Positions 46,531-55,501 of a stretch of 64,000 bases of DNA are shown here, one piece after another. The stretch is from Longimicrobiales bacterium. Lineage in GTDB: Bacteria; Gemmatimonadota; Gemmatimonadetes; Longimicrobiales; Gaopeijiaceae. Every line of letters starts with the position of its first letter. Position 1 is the stretch's first letter. The stretch spans positions 2,432,001 to 2,496,000 of the forward strand of contig CBDFMQ010000002.1 in NCBI GenBank assembly GCA_965249725.1, read 5' to 3'. Below the pieces are notes generated by a model. It was given only the letters and a program-made list of their open reading frames with translations. It was not told the DNA's origin and did no database searches. The translations under genes were made by a program, and so were the position numbers.

Positions 46531-47531
46531 GCGGCCTCGTGCTCGAACGACATGATCGTCAGCAGCCATTCCTCCAGGTGGTGCTCGTCCGAGAGCGAAC
46601 TCGCCTTGAGCAATCGGTCCACACGGAGGAGCCCCAGAATGGCCTCCCGGATGGACGCGGAGGTCCAGCCGTCGGCCTGTCGAGCGATCTGTCGCGAGAG
46701 CCATTTCTGGTGCGGCGGCAATACCTGCTCGATGGCGCCTTGCCCCTGTTCCACCACAACGCCGATCCGTAGGAGGTGGGTGGCCAGACCGACCGCGAGC
46801 CCGACCCCACTCTCGCCCTGGGGCAACAGTATGCGAAGCCCTATGGACGCCTGATCAAACTGGCGGCTACCCACCAGGTCGAACCACCGCCAGCGATCTT
46901 GCGTGGGCAAAACCGTTCCGGCGGCGCGCACGTGCTCTATGGTGATGCGATCACCCTCACTCGCGACGCCGGCCAGCTTCTCGAGCTCCCTGGACAGGAT
47001 GCCGAGATCGGTTCCGATCCCGTGTGCGAGCGCGCGGGCCGCATCGGGCTCCAACGTCATCGAGAACCGCTGTTTCGACTGCCCCATCAACCATCCGGGG
47101 GCGTCGTCTGCACTGATGGCGGCGAACTCTACCGAGTGCGCGATCTTCTTGAGCCGTGTGTAGTACCTGGCCTTCGACTTGTTGGGAATGCTGGCGGTCA
47201 GGATGAGGGCGAGATCGGGTGGAGGGGACTCAGCCAGGCCCAAGACCAGGTCTCGAGACCGGGCCGCCCCGGCGAAGGCCTCAGCCCCCCGCACGACCAC
47301 CACGCGCCACTCGGCCATCATCGGAGGCGTGGCGACGATGCGGGCCAGGTCCTCGACGTTTACGGCCGACGCCTGGACTACGTCGAGGTTGAAGTCCTTC
47401 GTCGACTCGTCGACGTGAGCATCGACGAGCTCCTTCACGGCCTCTCCCTTGCGATGCTCGTCCTCACCCCAAAGGAAAAAAACCCCGCCCCGGGATCCCT
47501 GTTCGAGGGCCTTCCGGAGGGGGCTCGTCAT
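46527..47531 (-). CDS. holA: DNA polymerase III subunit delta
   Basis: FFLWGED, DFNLD, TPPMMAEWRVVVV, GTDLGILSRELEKL, VDRLLKAS. Confidence 0.88.
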   Translation of the reverse strand: MTSPLRKALEQGSRGGVFFLWGEDEHRKGEAVKELVDAHVDESTKDFNLDVVQASAVNVEDLARIVATPPMMAEWRVVVVRGAEAFAGAARSRDLVLGLAESPPPDLALILTASIPNKSKARYYTRLKKIAHSVEFAAISADDAPGWLMGQSKQRFSMTLEPDAARALAHGIGTDLGILSRELEKLAGVASEGDRITIEHVRAAGTVLPTQDRWRWFDLVGSRQFDQASIGLRILLPQGESGVGLAVGLATHLLRIGVVVEQGQGAIEQVLPPHQKWLSRQIARQADGWTSASIREAILGLLRVDRLLKASSLSDEHHLEEWLLTIMSFEHEAA

Positions 47532-47565
47532 GGCGCAGCCCGGTAGGTCGTGGCCTCAGATCCGG

Positions 47566-48114
47566 TCAATCGAGACCCGTTCGTCGAAGCGCCGAGTTGT
47601 TCCGGGACCGCTCGCTCATGGGAGAGTACTCGTAGAGCAGCGTGTTGGGATTCGACCAAAGTCCGCTGCCGAGGGCGCGGGGTGCCGTTACGGGCATGCC
47701 GAACGCATCGGTCGTGAACAGAGGCTCCCCTGCCGGGGGAGCCGATACGATGATCGCCGGAAGCATGACCTCGGGCGTGGACCGCCCCAGGGACGGGGAC
47801 CAGGCGATGAAGGCGAGAAGAATGGCCATACCGACGGCGGCGGCGACCGGAACCGCAGAATCACTGGTCGCGCGAAAGCCCACGTCGCCATCATCGATGT
47901 GGAACAGCCTGTGCTGGAGGCGAGGACGGAAGGACTCGGCCAGCTCCACCTGTGGCATGGCTTGGAGGAGGGTTACGCCTTGCGAGACGACCTGCTCGTA
48001 GCGGGCACACTTCTCACACTCCGCCATATGCGCTTCCGCCGCCCTGCGGACTGGAGCGCCCGGGGGAGCGTCATAGAACTCGGAAAACCGACCAAGAAAA
48101 TCCGAGCAATCCAT
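47566..48114 (-). CDS. Zinc-binding (ZAS, zf-HC2) transmembrane anti-sigma factor
   Basis: MDC...FSEFYD...HMAECEKC (HxxxCxxC); TM helix; AGGAG RBS. Confidence 0.88.
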   Translation of the reverse strand: MDCSDFLGRFSEFYDAPPGAPVRRAAEAHMAECEKCARYEQVVSQGVTLLQAMPQVELAESFRPRLQHRLFHIDDGDVGFRATSDSAVPVAAAVGMAILLAFIAWSPSLGRSTPEVMLPAIIVSAPPAGEPLFTTDAFGMPVTAPRALGSGLWSNPNTLLYEYSPMSERSRNNSALRRTGLD

Positions 48115-48175
48115 GTGCCAAATAATCTCCTGTTACAGTACTCCCGCCCCGCGTTCGTCGGGGAGGCTGAGATAC

Positions 48176-48241
48176 TACGTAGAGGGGTCTTGTGGTGTTC
48201 CCCCTCCAGGACTTGGTACAGGGGGGAGTGGAGCAGGTTCC
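48176..48241 (-). promoter_or_regulatory. Two tandem ECF-type promoter candidates upstream of the anti-sigma gene
   Basis: Minus strand GGAAC-N17-CGTA (48201 to 48176) and GGAAC-N16-TGTA (48241 to 48217). Confidence 0.5.
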
Positions 48242-48243
48242 CG

Positions 48244-48285
48244 CAAAAACAAGAGGCCCTCGGCGATCAAATCGCCGAGGGCCTC
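48244..48285 (-). terminator. Intrinsic terminator after the ECF sigma gene
   Basis: Perfect 15-bp stem GAGGCCCTCGGCGAT-caa-ATCGCCGAGGGCCTC followed by TTGTTTTT on the minus strand. Confidence 0.85.
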
Positions 48286-48303
48286 GCTTTCTCCGGAGGA
48301 GCT

Positions 48304-48362
48304 CGATGGCCCGCCCGATGGCCCGCCCGATGGCCCGCCCGATGGCCCGCCCGATGGCCCGC
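48304..48362. repeat. 12-bp tandem repeat (CGATGGCCCGCC) x ~5
   Basis: Four perfect copies and one 11/12 copy read directly. Confidence 0.95.
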
Positions 48363-48393
48363 TCCGATCACTCAGAGCGGACACCGGCTGCTC

Positions 48394-49035
48394 CTAGTCC
48401 AGAGAGGGTCCGATCAGCCGAGCGAAGTTGTTGCGCGCCCGGTTCAATCGGCTCTTCACCGTGCCGAGGTTGCACCCCGTAATTTCAGCGATCTCCTCGT
48501 ACGTCTTACCCTCGAGCTCACGCAGCACGAAGACGATCCGGTGATGCTCCGGCAGCTCGGCCACCGCCTTCTCCACCATTTCCTTCAAGAAACGCTTGCG
48601 GTAGAGATCGTCGGGCTTGAAGGACGAGTCCTCCCACTCCAGGGGCCGGTGATCGGCTTCCCAGTTCTTCCGGATGGCCTGGAAGAGCATGAGGGGGTTT
48701 CGTGACCGGTTGCGCAGCTCGTTCTTGGCCAGGTTCCCGGCGATCGTGTAGATCCACGTCGAGAACTTCTTGGTCTGATCGAAGCGGTGCATATGGCGGT
48801 ACACCCGGACAAAGGTCTCCTGGACCAAGTCCTGGGCACGCTCTCTGTCACCCACCGTCCGGTAGACGAAGTTGAGCAACCGTCCATCGTATCGCTTGAC
48901 CAGCTCCCCAAACGCACGTTCGTCACCCGCCAGGAAGGACCGGACGACTTCGCTGTCGTCCAGCTGGCCGAGCCTCTTTCGATGCTCTTTTGCCGGTTCC
49001 CCGGATACGACCTGCAATTTCGCTTGATCCGTCAC
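48394..49035 (-). CDS. ECF sigma-70 factor (RpoE/SigW-like)
   Basis: AQDLVQETFVRV, FSTWIYTIAGN, TYEEIAEITGCNLGTVKSRLNRAR. Confidence 0.95.
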   Translation of the reverse strand: MTDQAKLQVVSGEPAKEHRKRLGQLDDSEVVRSFLAGDERAFGELVKRYDGRLLNFVYRTVGDRERAQDLVQETFVRVYRHMHRFDQTKKFSTWIYTIAGNLAKNELRNRSRNPLMLFQAIRKNWEADHRPLEWEDSSFKPDDLYRKRFLKEMVEKAVAELPEHHRIVFVLRELEGKTYEEIAEITGCNLGTVKSRLNRARNNFARLIGPSLD

Positions 49036-49304
49036 GTCTCACCCCCGCGTCACGGGTACGCACCAATCCCCTGCAGATTCGCCGCAGGTTCCGTGCCACC
49101 CCCTGGATCGCCCCAGAACGGGCCGATCCTGCCATTTGGGCACTTCTCTCGTCCCACTATAAGGACGTCTCATGTCACGATCGGGACACACCCGGCGCGC
49201 TACGCCGCGCCGTGCCTACGACACCCTCCCGCAGCGCGCGCTACGTCGCGCGCATGACCCACAGCACTTGCCGACCCGCTTCTTCGTACGCCCACATCCG
49301 GACT

Positions 49305-49766
49305 TTATGACGCTTGGCGGTCCTGATTCATTAAGAAGCGATCGGCATAGAGGATCGTCGAGATGCTCTTACCGTCGGTAATCAGGCCCTCTCGGACCAT
49401 CTCCACAGCTACCGAGAAAGGAAACCGCACCACTTCGATGAACTCGTCCGCGTCGGTTTCGGTTTCACCCGGCTCCAAGTCGGTGGCCGCGAACAGATGG
49501 ATGATCTCGTCGGTGAACCCAGGCGTGGTGTAGATGCTCGTCAGCCGGATCAACTGGCCCGCCCGCATGCCTGTCTCTTCCTCCAGCTCTCTTCTGGCGC
49601 AGTCCTCCCAGCTCTCGTCCGGCCCGAGGGGCAGACCGGCCGGAACCTCGTAGAGGTACCCATCCGTGGCATACCGATACTGCCGTAACAGCAGGACCTC
49701 CGGGTCGGGATCCGTGATCTGACCCACGAACGGCAGCGCGGCCGCCGCGCCCACATGCCGGATCAT
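49305..49766 (-). CDS. NUDIX hydrolase (ADP-ribose pyrophosphatase-like), short N-terminus
   Basis: RQYRY, YEVPAG, Nudix box ESWEDCARRELEEETG, YTTPGFTDE, DGKS; TGATG coupling to the upstream gene. Confidence 0.88.
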   Translation of the reverse strand: MIRHVGAAAALPFVGQITDPDPEVLLLRQYRYATDGYLYEVPAGLPLGPDESWEDCARRELEEETGMRAGQLIRLTSIYTTPGFTDEIIHLFAATDLEPGETETDADEFIEVVRFPFSVAVEMVREGLITDGKSISTILYADRFLMNQDRQAS

Positions 49767-51127
49767 CAGGGAGCCTCTTCGACCTCCACCGGTCCCAGCC
49801 CGAGCTCCTCCAACGGACCTCGGACGGCAGCCGCATCTCCCCCGACCACCACGGTGATCTCCTCCGGACGGATGCAGCGACGGGCGGCGTCCAGCGCCTG
49901 ATCGCGGGTGACCTGTCTGATCCGGTCCCTGTAGGTGGCGTGATAGTCCTCGGGAAGGTCGTAGATGATCAACTCGGCGATCCGGGAAGCGATCTGCCCG
50001 GTGGTCTCGAGTCGCAGAGGGAAGACGCCGGCCATGTAGTCGCGTGACGCCTCCACCTCCTCTTGGGTGGGGCCGTCGTTGAGCAGGCCTTCGACCTCGC
50101 CTACGGCCTCTCGTACGGCATCTGCGGTCACCTCGGTGCCCACGGCAGTGGAGACGGTCCACGGCCCCGCTCCTCGGCGGAAGGAGAATCCCGATCGCAC
50201 ACCGTACGTGAATCCATGGCGCTCACGCAGATTCAGGTTCAAGCGGCTCGTGAAAGCACCGCCGAGGATCGTGTTGAACACCAGGAGGGGGAAGTAGTCC
50301 GGCGTGGAGCGGGGCTGTCCCACATGTCCGATGCGGATTTCGGACTGAACCGCATCCGGCCGGTCGACAATGACGATCCTCCGCTCACGGCTGCGTGGCT
50401 CGACCTGCACCGCGCTCCTCTCGGGTCCCGCCCCGTTCCATTCCCCGAAGCAGCGCTGCGCCAACTCCTTCATCTCGCCTTGATCGACGTCGCCCACAAC
50501 GACAAATCCCGCGCCGGTCGGTCGGTAGCGGGCTTCCACGAATCCAGCGGCCGCCTCGGGACTGAAGAGCGACACGGACTCCTCGTCGCCTCCGAGCGAG
50601 CGTCCGTACGGAACTCCATCGGCATAGGTCAGTCGACGTGCCGCATCGGTCGCGATGCTCGACGGGTCCATCTTGCGCTGCTGGATGGCCGCCAGGCGCT
50701 GGCCCCTGATGCGATCCAACTCGTCCGTCGGGAAGCCCGGGCGAAGAACGACCTCCGCCAGAATGCCCAGAGCCTCGTCCAGGCGCTCCGGTAGGCAGGA
50801 CAGAGCGATGGTCGTAGCGTCCCACCCGGTTCCTATGGAGAGCCCCACTCCGATCGACTCCAACGCCTCGGCCAGCTCCGCCCCGGAGCGCGAGGCCGTT
50901 CCTCCTTCGAGCGAGTCACCGGTGAGCACGGCAAGCCCCGCCCGGTCGGCACCAAGCGAAGCCTCGCCGGCGTCCAGGACCAGGCTGACCGTAACGATGG
51001 GAAGCCTATGCGCCTGAACCGACCGCATCTCCAACCCATTGGCGAAGCGATCGACCTGAACGGGTGGAAAGTCGAAGCGTCGGATGGCTCCGGGAGTCGG
51101 AGCGTCGGAACGAGGTGAGGGGCTCAT
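49766..51127 (-). CDS. M16B peptidase non-catalytic subunit (cytoplasmic)
   Basis: Lacks HXXEH; NTILGGAFTSRLNLNLRERHGFTYG. Confidence 0.88.
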   Translation of the reverse strand: MSPSPRSDAPTPGAIRRFDFPPVQVDRFANGLEMRSVQAHRLPIVTVSLVLDAGEASLGADRAGLAVLTGDSLEGGTASRSGAELAEALESIGVGLSIGTGWDATTIALSCLPERLDEALGILAEVVLRPGFPTDELDRIRGQRLAAIQQRKMDPSSIATDAARRLTYADGVPYGRSLGGDEESVSLFSPEAAAGFVEARYRPTGAGFVVVGDVDQGEMKELAQRCFGEWNGAGPERSAVQVEPRSRERRIVIVDRPDAVQSEIRIGHVGQPRSTPDYFPLLVFNTILGGAFTSRLNLNLRERHGFTYGVRSGFSFRRGAGPWTVSTAVGTEVTADAVREAVGEVEGLLNDGPTQEEVEASRDYMAGVFPLRLETTGQIASRIAELIIYDLPEDYHATYRDRIRQVTRDQALDAARRCIRPEEITVVVGGDAAAVRGPLEELGLGPVEVEEAP

Positions 51128-52416
51128 GAAGCCTCCTTCGCACTCGGTCGGTCGTTGGCCGGTACGTAGGTCAGCACCGCCCGATTGTCCGGTCCCAGGT
51201 GACCTTTCGTGAACTCGGAGACCTGGGCAGGTGTCACGGCGCGCATACGATCGAGCTCACTGTTCAAGCGAGAGGGATCATCGAAGAACTGGTCGAACAT
51301 GGACAGGAGATCGGCCCGCTCGCCGACCCGCTGGATCTCGCGAACGAGCTGCGTCTCGGTCACGGAGATGGCTCTTTGAATCTCCTCCTCTCGCACGGAC
51401 TCGAGGCCTTCGAGCTCGCCGGCGAGAGCCGATTCCAACTTCGCGGGGTCGGACTCCGGAAACCCTGTGGCCCACACCAGGAACATGCCGGCCCCTGATG
51501 TGAGCGGAAGCGTGTGGCTCACCACGTCCTTCGCCACTCTCCTCTCGCGCACGAGCGAGCGATACAGCCGAGAAGCCCTACCCGACCCCGCCACGGCACT
51601 CGCAAGGTGCGCCGGGTAGTACGCCGGATCCGTATAGGGCGGAATGCGATGTGCGATGAGCACCCTGGGAAGCGGCACCTCGGCTTCCACACGTTCCCGG
51701 ACCGTGGACCCGATCGTGGGACTCAGCTCGGCATCGCCCGGCATGGGCGGAACGTCCCCACCCCTCGGGATCCCTCCGAATTGCCGCTCGATCATCTCGA
51801 GGGCCTCGTCCTGGTTGAAGTCTCCGCAGACGGTGAGCACCGCATTGTTGGGCACGTAGAACGTCTCGAAAAACTCGGCCACGTCTTCCAGGGTGGCGGC
51901 CTCGATGTCGTCCATCGAACCGATCACCGTGTGGTGGTACGGATGGGACTCCGGGTAGACCATCGCTTGGATCCACTCGTCCCAATCACCGTACGGCTGG
52001 TTGTCGTACCGCTGACGCTTCTCGTTCATGACCACGTCACGCTGGTTGTCGAGCTTCTCCTGCGTCATCGCCGGAAGCATCCAGCCCATCCGATCAGACT
52101 CGAGCCAGAGGGCCAACTCAAGGTGATGCGACGGCATGGCCTCGAAGTAGTTGGTGCGGTCGAACCAGGTCGTGGCGTTCAGCGTCCCCCCCGCCCTCTC
52201 CACCAACTCGAAGTGCCGATTCTTGGGCACGTGTTCGGAGCCCTGGAACATCATGTGCTCGAAAAGGTGGGCGAAACCCGTCTTGCCGGGTCGCTCGTTC
52301 CGTGACCCCACGGCATACCAAACATTGACCGCCACCACGGGCGTGGAGCGGTCGTGGGACAGATTGACACGCAGGCCGTTGTCCAGCGTGAAGCGCTCAA
52401 CAGGTATCGATAGCAT
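51124..52416 (-). CDS. M16B zinc peptidase catalytic subunit (cytoplasmic)
   Basis: GFAHLFEHMMFQGS, NATTWFDRTNYFE, ALWLESDRM; no signal peptide. Confidence 0.92.
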   Translation of the reverse strand: MLSIPVERFTLDNGLRVNLSHDRSTPVVAVNVWYAVGSRNERPGKTGFAHLFEHMMFQGSEHVPKNRHFELVERAGGTLNATTWFDRTNYFEAMPSHHLELALWLESDRMGWMLPAMTQEKLDNQRDVVMNEKRQRYDNQPYGDWDEWIQAMVYPESHPYHHTVIGSMDDIEAATLEDVAEFFETFYVPNNAVLTVCGDFNQDEALEMIERQFGGIPRGGDVPPMPGDAELSPTIGSTVRERVEAEVPLPRVLIAHRIPPYTDPAYYPAHLASAVAGSGRASRLYRSLVRERRVAKDVVSHTLPLTSGAGMFLVWATGFPESDPAKLESALAGELEGLESVREEEIQRAISVTETQLVREIQRVGERADLLSMFDQFFDDPSRLNSELDRMRAVTPAQVSEFTKGHLGPDNRAVLTYVPANDRPSAKEAS

Positions 52417-52485
52417 TCGTTGTATTCCTTCGTTCAGGAGGCCATTGGAGAGCCGAGAGCCTCCTGACGGACAGGACCGGGGGGG

Positions 52486-53976
52486 TTAGTCCATTACCGT
52501 CGGATCGGTGATTAAAGTCACGGAACCCAACCCCAACCCGTCCAGCCCTTCCCGAATCGCAGAGTGATCACCGGCAATGACGATGACCATCCCCACAGGA
52601 TCCAGGTACTGCCCGGCCACACGCCGTACATCCTCGGCCGTGACCTCCATCACGCGGTCCACATACGTCTCGTAGTAGTCGTCGGCAAGATCGTTCAGCA
52701 TCTGGTCGGCGATCTGGGCAGCCACGCCCGCTACCGTCTCGAAGCGTTGGGGCAACCTTAGGGCCAGGTACTTACGGGCCCGATCGAGTTCGGCGTCACC
52801 CACCGGCTCGTGGGCGAGTCGCCTCAGTTCTCTCAGAAACTCCACGACCGCCTTGTCGGTGGTCGGCGTGTTTACGGCGGCCCGGGCAACGAACGGCCCG
52901 GGCTCACGGCGTAAGGCGAAGCTCGAGCCGGCACCGTAGGTGTAGCCCTTGTCTTCACGTAGGTTCGCGTTCAACCGGCTGGTGAAGGACCCGCCCAGGA
53001 TCGTGTTCATGACCATGAGCGGGAAGTAGTCTTGTGTGGCCCGGTCGACGGCGACCCGGCCGATACGCACCTCGGACTGGGCGGCCCCCGGTTTGTCGAC
53101 CACGTAGATGGACGGACCTGCGAGCGCCCTCGGCGACTGGCTGATGAAGTCCGCGCCAGAACCTGAGGGGAGAGAGCCCATCGCGGCCTCGAGCTGTTCC
53201 TTCAGTTCCGCGCGGTCCACGTCGCCGACCACCACCATCGACATGTTGCCGGCCTTGAACGTCTGCTCGTAGAGAGCCGCGACCAGGTCGCGGCCGACGG
53301 ACCGCAGCGCGGCTTCCGTGCCCAGCAGAGGCTGCCCGTAGGGGCTGCCCGGCTCATAGAGCCGGTCCGCGAAAGCGTTGTCGGCCAGGTCCCTCGCTTC
53401 ATCGCGAGTCTGCAAGATGCGGGTGATGCGCTCCCGCTTGACCCGATCGAGTTCATCCTCGTCGAAAGCGGGATTCAGAACCACGTCAGCGAGGAGCTCC
53501 AGAGCCCTGTCCAACTGAGGCTTCAGGACCCCCATGCGAACCACTGTTCCATCCCGGCCCGCACCAGTCGACAGGGCGGCACCGATCCGTTCGACCTCCT
53601 CCGCCAACTCCACCGCAGTGCGGGTGGTCGTCCCCTCGTCGAGCATGTCGGCCAGGAGCGCCCCGAGGCCGGGTGTGCCCAGCCGGCTTCCGCCCTCGAT
53701 GTGTATCTCGATGCTTATGATCGGGAGATCGTCATCCTCCACTACGCTCACGGGAAGGCCGTTAGAGAGAGCGAAGACGTGGCGCTCCGGCACGTCCATG
53801 GAAGGCGGGGGACCCACCGACGGTGGGACGCTCCGATCTAGGCTTGCTTGCATGTCTCCATTCCGCTCGTCGCTGATGCTCACCGACCCTGCGCCACCTC
53901 CACTCGAAGCACTCACCGAGCACCCGGCTAGCCAGGTGGCGACGACCCAACCGGTCATCCATCGCATTCGGCTCAT
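52486..53976 (-). CDS. M16B peptidase non-catalytic subunit, lipoprotein
   Basis: Lipobox WLAGC; no HXXEH; NTILGGSFTSRLNANLREDKGYTYG. Confidence 0.88.
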   Translation of the reverse strand: MSRMRWMTGWVVATWLAGCSVSASSGGGAGSVSISDERNGDMQASLDRSVPPSVGPPPSMDVPERHVFALSNGLPVSVVEDDDLPIISIEIHIEGGSRLGTPGLGALLADMLDEGTTTRTAVELAEEVERIGAALSTGAGRDGTVVRMGVLKPQLDRALELLADVVLNPAFDEDELDRVKRERITRILQTRDEARDLADNAFADRLYEPGSPYGQPLLGTEAALRSVGRDLVAALYEQTFKAGNMSMVVVGDVDRAELKEQLEAAMGSLPSGSGADFISQSPRALAGPSIYVVDKPGAAQSEVRIGRVAVDRATQDYFPLMVMNTILGGSFTSRLNANLREDKGYTYGAGSSFALRREPGPFVARAAVNTPTTDKAVVEFLRELRRLAHEPVGDAELDRARKYLALRLPQRFETVAGVAAQIADQMLNDLADDYYETYVDRVMEVTAEDVRRVAGQYLDPVGMVIVIAGDHSAIREGLDGLGLGSVTLITDPTVMD

Positions 53977-55400
53977 CTGCCCGCCTCCGCCACGGCCAGG
54001 TCCGTTCTCCCTCGAGGCACGATCGAGAGGACCACTCCATACGCGTCCCGCAGGAAGCTCTGCGCGTGCTCCCGCACCGTCGCCGGCGAGACCCTGCTGT
54101 ATCGCGCGAAATCCCGACGCACGAAGCCGGGATTCCCCGTGACGAAGAAATACTCGTTCAGCCGCTCGGCCTTACCGCTGAAGCCGCCGACCGGCTCCAG
54201 GGCCTGTACGAACCCCGCCTCGATCTGATTGATCGAACGCTCCATCTCCAGGTGGGTGACACCGGTGTCGACGAGGTTGCTGATCTCCTCGCGGACGGCC
54301 CGCTCCAGCGCGTCCAGTGCTCCGTCCGGCTTGGCCGTGACGACAACGACGAACGACGACCCCATTTCTGCGGGGTCCTGGAACGCCGAGACGTCCTGGG
54401 CTACCTGCTCTTCCAACACCAAACGCCGATAGAGCCGGGAGCTCTTCCCCTCCGCCAACACCGACCCGACCACCTCCATGTTTGCGTCGCCCTGGCTGAA
54501 GGCCTCGGGCGAGTGCCACGCCATGTAGAGGCGCGCGAGCTGCACGTCGTCCTCCAGGACCACGTGCCGGTCGGCCGAAAGCGTGGGGTCTGGAACCTCG
54601 ACATCCGGGATGGGCGGGCCCGCCGGAATGTCACCGAAGTATTTCTCGGCGAATTCCCTGACGTCCGAGACACGCACGTCGCCGGCGATCGCGAGGCTGG
54701 CGTTGTTGGGGGCGTAGTACGTACGGAAGAAGTCGCTCACGTCCTCCAGGGTCGCGGCGCTCAGATCGTCCATATAGCCGATCACGGGCCAATGGTAGGG
54801 ATGGTCCTCGGGGTACAGGTTCGCGGAGATGGTCTCGAACGCCCTGCCGTAGGGACGGTTGTCGACACCCTCGCGCCGCTCGTTCTTCACGACGTCACGC
54901 TGGACGTCGAGCTTCTCCTGGGTCATGGTGTCCAGCAACCAGCCCATGCGGTCCGCCTCGATCCAAAGGGCGAGCTCGAGGGCGTTGGACGACACCGTTT
55001 CCAGGTAGTTGGTCCGATCGGTGGAAGTCGACCCGTTGGGCGCTCCGCCCACGGCCTCGAGCAGGTTGTCGATATCTCCCTCGGGCACGTTGGCGGACCC
55101 TTCGAACATGATGTGCTCGAAGAGATGGGCGAACCCGGTCCGGCCCGGACGCTCGTTCCTGGAACCCACGTGATACCAGAGGTTCACGGCCGCCAGGGGC
55201 AGAGACCGGTCACGGTGGACGATCACGTTGAGGCCGTTATCGAGGGCGAACTGGGTGTACGGGATGTACACCTGCAAGGCCTCACGAAAGGCCTCACGCA
55301 AGGGCTCATCCATGGCCTCCTCCTCCTGGGCTGAAATGGAATCAGGCCAGACCGCCAGGAAGGCGAGGGCCATGAGGCACCCCCCAACTACTCTCACCAT
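53973..55400 (-). CDS. M16B zinc peptidase catalytic subunit, exported
   Basis: Signal peptide ISA-Q; GFAHLFEHIMFEGS, DRTNYLE, EADRM; start uncertain. Confidence 0.9.
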   Translation of the reverse strand: MVRVVGGCLMALAFLAVWPDSISAQEEEAMDEPLREAFREALQVYIPYTQFALDNGLNVIVHRDRSLPLAAVNLWYHVGSRNERPGRTGFAHLFEHIMFEGSANVPEGDIDNLLEAVGGAPNGSTSTDRTNYLETVSSNALELALWIEADRMGWLLDTMTQEKLDVQRDVVKNERREGVDNRPYGRAFETISANLYPEDHPYHWPVIGYMDDLSAATLEDVSDFFRTYYAPNNASLAIAGDVRVSDVREFAEKYFGDIPAGPPIPDVEVPDPTLSADRHVVLEDDVQLARLYMAWHSPEAFSQGDANMEVVGSVLAEGKSSRLYRRLVLEEQVAQDVSAFQDPAEMGSSFVVVVTAKPDGALDALERAVREEISNLVDTGVTHLEMERSINQIEAGFVQALEPVGGFSGKAERLNEYFFVTGNPGFVRRDFARYSRVSPATVREHAQSFLRDAYGVVLSIVPRGRTDLAVAEAGR

Positions 55401-55501
55401 CACTACCCACCATGCGTCAAAGAGCGGGCCGTACCTGAGTCGTGCGAGGCCACGACGCGGAGCCACCCGCTCATAACGGTTCGACGAAACATAGGTTCCG
55501 A

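Noticed and set aside
48304..48362. Possible CRISPR array or the 69-aa GPSG-repeat ORF (48175-48384)
   Set aside because: No spacers and no cas genes; the ORF crosses a terminator and has no clear RBS.
47449..48705. 418-aa plus-strand ORF with ARWP repeats
   Set aside because: Antisense to the sigma and anti-sigma genes; the repeats are just the translated VNTR.
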